NCBI GenBank assembly: GCA_905182395.1
Contig: CAJJBL010000022.1
Coordinates: forward strand, 281-64,280
DNA length: 64,000 nucleotides
Direction of reading: 5' to 3'
Source of the DNA: an alpha proteobacterium SCGC AAA536-G10
Lineage (GTDB): Bacteria; Pseudomonadota; Alphaproteobacteria; Puniceispirillales; Marisalimonadaceae
Shown here: positions 49,811 to 58,106 of the stretch, in pieces
Layout: the number at the start of each line of letters is the position of its first letter
Numbering within the stretch: the stretch's first letter is position 1
The notes under the pieces: model-generated
What the model saw: the letters and a program-made list of their open reading frames with translations, nothing else
What the model was told of the DNA's origin: nothing
The model's database searches: none
Position numbers and translations under genes: made by a program

Positions 49811-50257
49811 ATGGATAAACAAAACTTATTTGACAAATATGGTGGTGTACCAACTATTAAAGCGATATTAGAAAAATTTTATAAAGATTTATTAAGTCTT
49901 AGATGGACAAGAAAAATGTTTGTAAATGTTAATATGGATAAACTTATATTACATCAAATTCAATTTGTTAGTTTTGCCATGGGTAAACCAGAAAGTGAAT
50001 TTGATGATAAAAGATTAAGAGAAGGTCATGCAGGTCTGGGAATAACGGAAGCACAATTCTAAGAAACAGTTGGTATACTAGTAAAAGTTCTTACAGACTT
50101 CAAAGTTAAGTTTGATGACGTCAAAACTATAGGTGATGCTATAAACACTAAGAAACATTTAATAGTAAATGTCCCAGGAATTAAAAAATCAGCCAAAAAA
50201 GTATTAAAAAAATTAAGAGAAAAAGAAAAATACAATAATACAAAACTTATTTTATAG
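49811..50257 (+). pseudogene. group I truncated haemoglobin (trHbN-like) with in-frame TAA
   Basis: LFDKYGGVPTIKAILEKFYKDLL...HQIQFVSFAMG...LREGHAGLGITEAQF-TAA(50060-50062)-ETVGILVKVLTDFKV... The globin fold continues in the same frame after the stop, down to TAG at 50255-50257. Confidence 0.7.
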
Positions 50258-50271
50258 TTAATCTTATTTGT

Positions 50272-50455
50272 AGAACTGCCAGTAAGTATTAATCATCCAA
50301 TATCAACTAAAGATGTAACTTCAAAATGTTTCTTAGATATGTTGTCAGTCTTTTCAGAGTTTGAAACTAATTTAAGAAAAGAAAGACAGATGGAAGGCAT
50401 TACAAAAGAATTGGATATTGGTCGTGCAAATGTTTATCCTGCATTGGAGGTTTAA
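50272..50455 (+). pseudogene. serine recombinase (resolvase/invertase) remnant
   Basis: ..INHPISTKDVTSKCFLDMLSVFSEFETNLRKERQMEGITK-ELDIGRANVYPALEV*. This is the end of the catalytic domain and E-helix fused to the last helix of the HTH. No N-terminal catalytic Ser region. Confidence 0.6.
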
Positions 50456-50709
50456 TATTAAAAGAGTAGGTAATGATTGCACATCTGTCTATCATTCATA
50501 GTAGTGTTAAATTCTAAAATAATGGAAAAGAAATGCATAAAACAATAAAAATAATTATCGGTACCGTTCTCATCATATACATTGTTCTGGTTGTTATGCA
50601 GTTAACAGGAATAAGTTTATTTTAAGAAGTAATAGTTACTAATTAATATAAACCAGAAGTGTTAAAATTAAGAAATTATTAATCCCCTACTGCTTAAAAC
50701 TGACAACTA

Positions 50710-50799
50710 GAAACTAATCTATAAATCACGATATTATCTAGAAAGAAATATCAATTACTCTTTACCTTTAATATGTATTTTGATTAAACTTTGACAATG
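50710..50799 (+). repeat. junction element copy 6 (full)
   Basis: GAAACTAATCTATAAATCACGATATTATCTAGAAAGAAATATCAATTACTCTTTACC-18 nt-TAAACT-TTGACA-ATG. The ATG at 50797 opens only a 13-codon ORF. Confidence 0.8.
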
Positions 50800-51020
50800 A
50801 CAAAATATCTTAAAAATAACCTCAGTTTAGTTATATAATTTCACCCAACTTAATATAACAATTTGAAACAAGAGAATTTTACATACAAATCTAGGAAAAA
50901 AGTTTGATAGAAATGTTCTAAAGATGATGAATTATCTAAAGAAATTTTTAAAAGGTTAAAAAGAAACTATTGGGAAAAAGTAGATTTAGATAGAGAAGTT
51001 CATAAGTATATAAAATAATT

Positions 51021-51536
51021 ATGTTTAGGAAAGGTTTAGACACTATGGGAATGATGAGAAGTAGATACATACCACATTGTTGTTTTGTATATTTGACTGA
51101 AGAATTAAAATATCTAACCACAATAACTAAATGTGATGAGGAATGGATTAGAAATGATATGGAAAATGTAGAAGAATTTAAAAGAAGAATTGAAAGTGGC
51201 GAAATGTTTGAAGATGAAATACACCCATATGAAATAAGTCAAAAAGGAGATGATTTTTACCTTTATGAATGTGAACCAATTAAAAATGAAAGGTATAAAG
51301 AATTACTACAAAAGTATGGAAAATTAGAAGAATACATTAATGAAGAAAAACCTATTGATGTATTTTTTGGAATTGGAGAAGGTAGAATCTATGTTGAAGA
51401 GGGTAAGTTTAATACCAAAGAAGAAGGAGGGTCACATATCTATGATGAAAATGGTTATGGAACAGAAAATCCAAAATATAGATTTACAAAATTAAAAAAA
51501 ACGGAAAAATTATTTAGAAAAGTTAGATTAGGTTAA
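51021..51536 (+). CDS. hypothetical acidic protein
   Basis: 171-aa ORF. No recognised family. Confidence 0.4.
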   Translation: MFRKGLDTMGMMRSRYIPHCCFVYLTEELKYLTTITKCDEEWIRNDMENVEEFKRRIESGEMFEDEIHPYEISQKGDDFYLYECEPIKNERYKELLQKYGKLEEYINEEKPIDVFFGIGEGRIYVEEGKFNTKEEGGSHIYDENGYGTENPKYRFTKLKKTEKLFRKVRLG

Positions 51537-51537
51537 A

Positions 51538-51587
51538 CAAAAACCTAATCTATAAACCACGATAGTATCCAGAGAGAAATATTAATC
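51538..51587 (+). repeat. junction element copy 7 (A-part only), last element before the island 1 right end
   Basis: CAAAAACCTAATCTATAAACCACGATAGTATCCAGAGAGAAATATTAATCA, directly after the stop at 51534-51536. Confidence 0.8.
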
Positions 51588-51700
51588 ATACACCAATTAA
51601 ATGCCCTCAGATTGTCACACAGATTTGACACAGTAAGGCAATAAAAGGTACTATTATTCAATAATAAATCTTTAAGAAAATAAGGGTTTAAAGGGGTCAA

Positions 51701-51762
51701 CTGGATAGAAAACTAGACTACGAATCTAGAAGGAAGGAGTTAGAATTTTCTCTAACGCACCA
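51701..51762 (+). pseudogene. degenerate partial copy of tRNA-Arg (att direct repeat; D-loop to CCA)
   Basis: CTGGATAGAAAACTAGACTACGAATCTAGAAGGAAGGAGTTAGAATTTTCTCTAACGCACCA versus tRNA 41051-41112: 52/62 identical by hand alignment. The 5' acceptor half is missing and the T-arm and acceptor pairings are broken. Confidence 0.8.
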
Positions 51763-51849
51763 TTTCTGATTATTTTTTTACAAAACTAAATCTTCAATTT
51801 AGAACTTTATTTGATATGTCTTTAAGAACAGATTATTTTAAAGGAATAT

Positions 51850-52006
51850 AATGAGATGGTCATGATTAGTTTTTATTTTACTTTTAGGAATTATTCTTTG
51901 TTTAATTATAATAAATTATAATCAAGAAATAGTTCAATTCTTAATTGTATCTGATAATATAGATTCGTTAATCAACTATCTACAGAGTTTTAAAGAAACC
52001 AAATGA
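51850..52006 (+). CDS. small single-TM protein (paralogue of 42551-42694)
   Basis: MRWSWLVFILLLGIILCLIIINYNQEIVQFLIVSDNIDSLINYLQSFKETK. Same ATGA stop/start overlap with the next ORF as in island 1. Confidence 0.45.
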
Positions 52007-52200
52007 AATATAAAACACTAGAAGAAATACAAAAAAATTCCGTATGGATAAAGTTACAATCTCATGGCACTGAAAAAGAACAACTTGATAAACAATTCTT
52101 GTCTCTTACAGAAGATGAAAAGATTGTTGCAATTGACTTATTTGAGTCTTTGAAAGTTGTGATGGAAAATGTCCTTAAAGAAAAGAAAACTCATCATTAG
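52003..52200 (+). CDS. hypothetical protein
   Basis: 65-aa ORF translationally coupled (ATGA) to the small TM gene. Confidence 0.4.
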   Translation: MKYKTLEEIQKNSVWIKLQSHGTEKEQLDKQFLSLTEDEKIVAIDLFESLKVVMENVLKEKKTHH

Positions 52201-52216
52201 ATAGTATCAATTTATT

Positions 52217-52457
52217 ATGTATTTTAAAAAAAAAATATTTATGTGAAAACTATAATTTTCCTTTTAAGACTGTTTGGAATTGTAGGAAGACGATCGAGGA
52301 GAAAAACTAGATATTACTTTATTATAACTATATCCGTATTTTTAAACATCAATATCGATGGCGATGCAAATCTCAATTACAAAATATAAAAGGATTTAGG
52401 TGATGCGTATTAAGTCCTTCTAAAATGAAATTATCACTATATGAAATCAATGTTTAA
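52217..52457 (+). pseudogene. decayed copy of the Cys-rich gene 43163-43399
   Basis: Nucleotide-level alignment along the whole gene. Frame disrupted in the 5' A-run, Trp codons changed to TAG and TGA, and three Cys TGT codons changed to TAT. Confidence 0.7.
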
Positions 52458-52592
52458 TCTTGCTCTTCTTTGGAAGATACAAAAGTATATCAGATATATC
52501 TGTTATTTTATTATTATTGTAATGATGATTTTAATATGGATTAAATTGTCTTCTCAAATTTAATTTGAGATGTAATAAGTTAATTTATTTTC

Positions 52593-53177
52593 TTATTGAG
52601 TTTTATCATCTTTTATTTTCAAAATTGGATTATGAATCCACAAGCTTATTTTTCTAAAATATAACCAATTAAAAAGTAATATAGTTAAAGACATCATTAG
52701 AAAAATAATAAGAGTAAAGTTAGGAGCAATTTGTCTATTAAAAACTAACTCGTTACTTTCTATATAATGCAGAATTAATAAGATAAAATATAGCAAGGAC
52801 ATAAAAATACAAAAAATTGATAGAATTCTACTTATTCTAAACTTAAAGTTACTCTTGTTTAAAATGTTATCAGAGTATGTCTTTTTATTAATCCATAAAT
52901 AGACACTTCCAAAAGTAACCCAATTAATTAGGGTAATAATAAAAATGGATACAATTATATCAATGGTTAACCCAAGTATGTACTGAATAAATAAGTAGTC
53001 ACCAATTTTTTTAGAAAAGTTATCAATATATGAGTTAACAAACATAATTGTTTTTAAAACAATTAAAACTAATAACATTAAAGGAATCAAACGACTCATT
53101 CTAAATAAAAATATTGTCATTTTTAAATCATAATCAAAAAAGAAAAAAAACTTAACTAAAAAATAATATCTATCCAA
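52593..53177 (-). CDS. hypothetical polytopic membrane protein
   Basis: 194-aa ORF, 4-5 TM helices. The true start is probably an internal Met. Confidence 0.45.
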   Translation of the reverse strand: MDRYYFLVKFFFFFDYDLKMTIFLFRMSRLIPLMLLVLIVLKTIMFVNSYIDNFSKKIGDYLFIQYILGLTIDIIVSIFIITLINWVTFGSVYLWINKKTYSDNILNKSNFKFRISRILSIFCIFMSLLYFILLILHYIESNELVFNRQIAPNFTLIIFLMMSLTILLFNWLYFRKISLWIHNPILKIKDDKTQ

Positions 53178-53344
53178 TCTTTTTCTAATCGTTTTTGATT
53201 TTAGATAATCAGTTTGTATATTGAATATGATTTTTTAAAAAAATATGTCATATTTACATAGTACTAATTAAAATAGTCAAAAATTAATGTTAATTTTTTA
53301 TAATTTAATTGTATTAAAAGTTAGAAATTTTCTAAAGGAAATAC

Positions 53345-53524
53345 ATGGGTACTAGTAATAAAAAGTTTCAAGTTATCTACGATGGAGATTGCGTCATATA
53401 TAAGTTTGAAACAAGAAAAGAAGCAGAAGAATATATGGATGGCTGGAAAGGGAATAACTTAGTATTTCCTCTTCTCACTATTAAACAACGTTTACCAGCA
53501 AGTGGTTTAGGAATATTCATATAA
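53345..53524 (+). CDS. hypothetical small protein (59 aa)
   Basis: Below the ORF-track cut-off: MGTSNKKFQVIYDGDCVIYKFETRKEAEEYMDGWKG... It is the only open frame in an otherwise empty 850-nt stretch. Confidence 0.3.
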   Translation: MGTSNKKFQVIYDGDCVIYKFETRKEAEEYMDGWKGNNLVFPLLTIKQRLPASGLGIFI

Positions 53525-53723
53525 AATTAAATGAACCTATTACTGGTCATGACAGAGTTTTAATAATTAGTTATAATCACTTATTAGATAAAAGACCGTA
53601 AACTCTAGATGCAAATGAAACACTATAGGAGATCCTAAGAAAGTTAAATGTGTCTCATTACATTGGTGTATTAAATGATCAAATGGTAATATATTAAAAT
53701 TAAATTTTATTACTGGAGTTACA

Positions 53724-53897
53724 ATGGATTTTAAATATGCACAAAGTTGGTTATTAGGAGTTGTTTGTTTTATCTATGGTATTTATAGAATTATTGGTGG
53801 AACAAATGAAACATTTAATTGGGTAGATGTTGCTGCAATAATAGGATTTTGCTATTCAATATATGTAACAAAAATTGCAGGTTCAAAAGAGAAATAA
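53724..53897 (+). CDS. hypothetical small 2-TM protein (57 aa)
   Basis: Below the ORF-track cut-off: MDFKYAQSWLLGVVCFIYGIYRIIGG...AAIIGFCYSIYVTKI. Confidence 0.3.
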   Translation: MDFKYAQSWLLGVVCFIYGIYRIIGGTNETFNWVDVAAIIGFCYSIYVTKIAGSKEK

Positions 53898-54029
53898 GTT
53901 TAAAAAAACATACTCCCATTTTTCTATTTATAAAAATAATTAGATTTTATTAAGTGTTATTTGATAAACAGTGAGTATGAAAATATATATTGGTTTTAAA
54001 ACTATTTTTTTTATAATAGAAAATGAATA

Positions 54030-54227
54030 ATGTCATCAAATGAACAAACTATAACATGTCACTTTTGTTTTGAAACCTTTGAAATTGATCTAGGAATAGA
54101 CCAAAATTTTAGTGGCCATAACACTGAGATCTTTGACTGTGCAATATGTTGTAATCCTAACAAGGTAGACACTGAAATTTATGATGGCGAAGTTAGTTCT
54201 GTAACTGTTAACGATGGAAACGAATAA
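54030..54227 (+). CDS. CPXCG-motif cysteine-rich protein
   Basis: ITCHFCFETFEIDL...EIFDCAICCNPNKV: the two-Cys-pair layout of the CPXCG family. Confidence 0.6.
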   Translation: MSSNEQTITCHFCFETFEIDLGIDQNFSGHNTEIFDCAICCNPNKVDTEIYDGEVSSVTVNDGNE

Positions 54228-54253
54228 AAAGACCTCAATATTATAAACTTTTA

Positions 54254-54340
54254 CAAAAATCTAATCTAACAATCACGATAGTTTCCAAAATTAAACATCA
54301 ATCTTATCTTTACCTCTTACAACTATTTTAATTAAAAAAC
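54254..54340 (+). repeat. junction element copy 8 (full, diverged)
   Basis: CAAAAATCTAATCTAACAATCACGATAGTTTCCAAAATT...ATCTTTACC-18 nt-TAAAAA. -35-like 54309-54314. Confidence 0.7.
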
Positions 54341-54505
54341 ATAAAATAATTAGAAATAGATCGTGTAATTATTTATCTTTGATTTAAGAATTAGATTATG
54401 TACGATGATGATAAAACAGAAATATTAAATGTAACGCATGTTAATAATTCAAATTTGGATTAATCTAACTATTAAAAATTAAACAAGATAATTAGGAGTA
54501 ATTTA

Positions 54506-54814
54506 ATGTCAATTTCACTTCAAGTGTTATACCCAATAACAGAAACAACAAACTTTGATTATGATTATTATTTTTCTAAACATATGAAACTTGTAAAAGA
54601 TACGTTTGGCGACCATTTAGATGATACCCTTGTTATAAAAGGTATTGCTGGTGGACCTGATAAAACTCCAGCATATTACGCTATTGCAACGATGATTTTC
54701 AAAAATCAATCCGCTATGGATTTAGCGTTATCAGGAGCAAGCCCCGTACTTGAAGATATTCCAAATTTTACTAATACGGAACCAGTTATGTTAATAGGCG
54801 AGGTCGTATCCTAA
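54506..54814 (+). CDS. EthD-domain protein (TIGR02118-like)
   Basis: 102 aa. LQVLYPITETTNFDYDYYFSKHMKLV...AIATMIFKNQSAMDLAL...FTN pattern of the EthD family. Confidence 0.6.
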   Translation: MSISLQVLYPITETTNFDYDYYFSKHMKLVKDTFGDHLDDTLVIKGIAGGPDKTPAYYAIATMIFKNQSAMDLALSGASPVLEDIPNFTNTEPVMLIGEVVS

Positions 54815-54918
54815 TTTGTTATATAAACCTAGAATGATCAAATTTTATGCATTTATAATATCAATGATAATTAAACTAATTTAGTTTCAAACATAACCAA
54901 TGGATAAGTTAACTTATA

Positions 54919-55401
54919 TTAATATTTTAGTATAAAGTAAGAACAAATTAATATTGTTATGACAGTTATAGAAAGCGATCTTCTTAAGAAAATATACCAA
55001 TTAGGAAATAACAAAATTTTATTATAAAATTCATCTACTAACTGACAAATCAAATATCCTAATGATAAAATTATTAAACTAATTCTTTTATCAATTAATA
55101 AAGTTACTATGCCTAGAAGCGCAGGTGTGATTGACCAAATCAACATAAAAATTTTAAATTGATTTGTAAAAGCATTCATTTTGTTTTGATTTAATATTAT
55201 ACCCCAATAGACACTTCCTAAAAAAGTTAAAATGATTACACCATAATTTTTAGGAATGTTAATAGGAAAAATAAGGTTTTCTTGGTTAAACCATAAATCT
55301 AATAATCCAATAATAAATGGAATTAGTCCCATAAAGCCAAGTAAAATAATTGTCTTTTCATAACTCTTTAATTGATAAATATTATTGATTAGTTTTTTCA
55401 T
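54919..55401 (-). CDS. DUF3429-like membrane protein
   Basis: 160 aa, about 5 TM helices; LLGFMGLIPFI N-terminal signature. Confidence 0.5.
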   Translation of the reverse strand: MKKLINNIYQLKSYEKTIILLGFMGLIPFIIGLLDLWFNQENLIFPINIPKNYGVIILTFLGSVYWGIILNQNKMNAFTNQFKIFMLIWSITPALLGIVTLLIDKRISLIILSLGYLICQLVDEFYNKILLFPNWYIFLRRSLSITVITILICSYFILKY

Positions 55402-55560
55402 ATTGAAATCTACTGAATTTATTATCTACTACTATAAAGTTTTTTAGAAAGTTATTTATTTAATCAGATAGAAAAATAACAGAATAATAATCAATAGTAA
55501 CGAAAAATTTATCCAAACATAGCGCTAAATCGTAATACTAATTTCTTCAAAAATGATAAT

Positions 55561-55652
55561 CAAAATCTAATTAGAGATAAACATTGTTTCTAGACTTAAA
55601 TATTAATCTTATCTTTACCTTTCTCAATCATTTTGATTAAACTATGAGTATT
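55561..55652 (+). repeat. junction element copy 9 (A-part diverged, B-part complete, ATG decayed to ATT)
   Basis: CAAAATCTAATTAGAGATAAACATTGTTTCTAGAC...ATCTTTACC-18 nt-TAAACT-ATGAGT-ATT. -35-like 55614-55619, -10-like 55638-55643. Confidence 0.75.
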
Positions 55653-55702
55653 AAAAAAAGTATAAGTTGAATATCTATTTTCGCGCTTTGGAGAATTATA
55701 TT

Positions 55703-55870
55703 ATGAGCAAACAGACTATAGGTTGGATAATAGTTGGTAGTTGTTTACTATGGGGTTTGTTAAGAGCTGGAGATTTGGTTGAACCTAATTTTGTTATAAA
55801 TTTTTTAGCAATTGGGGGTTTTTGTTTAGGAATTCACTTAACAAAAAATAATGAAGATAAAGAAGAATAA
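55703..55870 (+). CDS. hypothetical small 2-TM protein
   Basis: MSKQTIGWIIVGSCLLWGLLRAGD...FLAIGGFCLGIHL. ATG at 55703 preferred over the TTG at 55667. Confidence 0.35.
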   Translation: MSKQTIGWIIVGSCLLWGLLRAGDLVEPNFVINFLAIGGFCLGIHLTKNNEDKEE

Positions 55871-56137
55871 TTGTCGTCAATCATAGAATGATAGGTAAAT
55901 TATTATGGATAAAGAATCTCAAGAAAAACTTCGTACTTGGTGGGATGATGGAGACAGTAAATTAAAAAAATCTCTGTATATTTTTTTATGTCTGCAAATA
56001 CTTTTAGGAATTATCTGGTTTATTGAATATATTTTCATATAAAATAAGTTCATATTAAAACAAAAACAATCAACACTTAATCTTTAACCAATAACAGCAA
56101 ATATAATATCAATTATTCTTAAATTTTATAATTGTTT

Positions 56138-56374
56138 TTACTTAGGTTTTTTTATTTCTTTTTTAATTTTTTCTTCTAAATGTCCTATCATTATTCTTCT
56201 CATATACTCTGCTCTTCCCAAATTAGTAAAAGAATATTCTCTTATGTCATCATTACTAATTCTAATAGAAAAGTTATAAAAAGCACCATTCTTTTTTATG
56301 CTTGAAGCACTCCCAGAAGCAATTTTATTAGGACTTACTAGTGTACCAAACTTGGTTTCAGTTATGTTTGCCAT
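56138..56374 (-). CDS. hypothetical 78-aa protein, paralogue B (see 47256-47498)
   Basis: MANITETKFGTLVSPNKIASGSASSIKKNGAFYNFSIRISNDDIREYSF...; GGTG/AGAGGTG SD-like sequence upstream. Confidence 0.6.
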   Translation of the reverse strand: MANITETKFGTLVSPNKIASGSASSIKKNGAFYNFSIRISNDDIREYSFTNLGRAEYMRRIMIGHLEEKIKKEIKKPK

Positions 56375-56493
56375 AAAAATTACACCTCTATATAGTATTA
56401 ATTATTAATCTAATATTAAAAATTAAATTAAATCAAACATAATCTCTATCAAGGTAAATATTGTAAGCTTTAATATAAGCAAATATTTTTGAT

Positions 56494-56547
56494 TGATAAT
56501 ATTACTTGTTTACCTTACGCAACTATTTTGATTAGACTGTTAATATG
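56494..56547 (+). repeat. junction element copy 10 (B-part only)
   Basis: ..GATAATATTACTTGTTTACC-18 nt-TAGACT-GTTAAT-ATG. -35-like 56509-56514, -10-like 56533-56538. The ATG at 56545 is the ORF start. Confidence 0.75.
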
Positions 56548-56817
56548 TTAATCTTAATCAAAGAGCTCTCTAAAAATGAATATGAAATTATAGTTAACTC
56601 GGACACTTCAACTAAACATATTGTTACTTTAACAGATATAGTTTATCAAAAATTTACTAATGAAAAGATTACTAAAAAGGAACTTTTGGACTTTAGTTTT
56701 AAATTTCTATTAGAAAGAGAACCTAACACTTCAATCCTTTCTTTTTTTGAATTAAAAATCATTACAAGATATTTTCCTGAATATGAAGTGAGCATTAAAA
56801 AATGGTGTGGGTTTTGA
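56545..56817 (+). CDS. hypothetical protein
   Basis: 90-aa ORF beginning at the element-borne ATG. Confidence 0.45.
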   Translation: MLILIKELSKNEYEIIVNSDTSTKHIVTLTDIVYQKFTNEKITKKELLDFSFKFLLEREPNTSILSFFELKIITRYFPEYEVSIKKWCGF

Positions 56818-57043
56818 AATAAATTTAATATGATCAAAGCAGTTAAATATGATAGAAAACTAGAGTTTGATTTAACTGTTTATAGTACATTGAAGGATGA
56901 ACTTATGAATGATGATGATAAAAAAAATTGGTGGTACTGGGTAGCAACGTATGCATGTATCTCATTAGTATTATTTGGTATTTTTTCTATTTATGTAACT
57001 ATCAATTAAAAATTAATAAAAATATATCTCCTTCAAAGTAGAT

Positions 57044-57135
57044 AACTAAGTTTCATTCTGTAAATGACGATAGTATTAAAAATTAAGTACCAAACACTCT
57101 ATCTTCTCGATCTATTTCAATTAATTTAAAACTAT
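57044..57135 (+). repeat. junction element copy 11 (strongly degenerate)
   Basis: ..AACTAAGTTTCATTCTGTAAATGACGATAGTATTAAAAATTAAGTACCAAACACTCTATC... retains the CGATAGTAT core and ACTCT. Confidence 0.45.
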
Positions 57136-57245
57136 AAATATTTTCATAAAGTAATAATATTTAATATTTTATTTATTAAAATTTATATCTTTATTTGATT
57201 TTTTTAAAAATCATGTAACCTAATACTTTGTTATAAGGAGTTAGG

Positions 57246-57638
57246 ATGAAATTAATAAAATTAAATTATATTTTTTTCTTCTTAATTTTTTTTTCAATTA
57301 ATGCAATTGCTCAAGGACCTACTTCAGGTATACTTTGCAAAAACTTAAAAAACACAGTCTCTCTTGAATTTGTATTTAAAAGTAATGAGGATGAAATATT
57401 TGCAAATGCTTTCAAAAGGGTAAATGGTAAATTTATTAAAGTTGGTAAAGTTGTAGGACAAAAGCCATCATCATTTATACTTTTTGAAGATAAATACGCA
57501 TATCTCGGCATTGATTTTGCTTGGCATTTAGATAAAGTTACCAAAAATCTCAAACCTATTATTTTAAGTGAAGGGACTATTAAAATGGGTGCAATGCCTG
57601 AGACATTGTCCTGTATTAGTAAAAATTTTTGGTATTAA
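57246..57638 (+). CDS. hypothetical secreted protein
   Basis: Signal peptide MKLIKLNYIFFFLIFFSINAIAQG. AAGGAG Shine-Dalgarno 6 nt upstream. Confidence 0.5.
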   Translation: MKLIKLNYIFFFLIFFSINAIAQGPTSGILCKNLKNTVSLEFVFKSNEDEIFANAFKRVNGKFIKVGKVVGQKPSSFILFEDKYAYLGIDFAWHLDKVTKNLKPIILSEGTIKMGAMPETLSCISKNFWY

Positions 57639-57690
57639 ATAAAAAGAATTAATTAACTAAACATTTACTTACTAAGTATTGTTCTTTTAA

Positions 57691-57748
57691 AGAAAAGTAT
57701 CAATTATCCTTTGCCTACCATAATCATTTTGATTAAACTGTGATTATA
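57691..57748 (+). repeat. junction element copy 12 (B-part only)
   Basis: AGAAAAGTATCAATTATCCTTTGCC-18 nt-TAAACT-GTGATT-ATA. -35-like 57710-57715, -10-like 57734-57739. Confidence 0.7.
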
Positions 57749-57781
57749 AAAAACTAGTTTTTAGAATATTAAGATTATTTA

Positions 57782-58054
57782 ATGAATTTTAAAGATGGTG
57801 AAGAAGCAGCGGAAAAAGAAATTAAAGAAAACGGTTTTGATATTAATTTATGGAATGAGTTTTTAGAAAATCCTGACGATTTTAATAAACTTTTTAGTAA
57901 ATTATTAATAGGTCAATCTGACAATTTTATCCAAGGTTATAGGAGTTATTACAGTTCTTATTCATTATGGGCAGATACAAAAGCATATAGAAACAACCTT
58001 CCTTTTTGGAGAACACCATGGAAAAAAACAAAGAAACCATTAAATGAAATATAA
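57782..58054 (+). CDS. hypothetical protein
   Basis: 90-aa ORF, 42 nt downstream of the element's -10-like box. Confidence 0.4.
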   Translation: MNFKDGEEAAEKEIKENGFDINLWNEFLENPDDFNKLFSKLLIGQSDNFIQGYRSYYSSYSLWADTKAYRNNLPFWRTPWKKTKKPLNEI

Positions 58055-58106
58055 CAATAAATTAGTTAATTTAAGAATAATTTAGATATCTTATAAATAA
58101 ATTATT

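Larger units (their letters stand above)
41113..51762 (+). mobile_element. tRNA-Arg-linked integrative island 1 (integrase module plus cassette array, bounded by a 62-nt direct repeat of the tRNA)
   Basis: The integrase gene follows the tRNA. The 62-nt tRNA segment 41051-41112 recurs at 51701-51762 (52/62 identical by hand alignment). A related TGTCA..AGATTTGAC motif lies inside both ends. Cargo is heterogeneous and includes pseudogenes. Confidence 0.65.

Noticed and set aside
52551-52569. Hairpin TCTCAAA-TTTAA-TTTGAGA between the decayed Cys-rich gene and the convergent membrane-protein gene.
   Set aside because: The stem is only 7 bp and entirely weak pairs. It may act as a bidirectional terminator, but support is too thin for a feature call.
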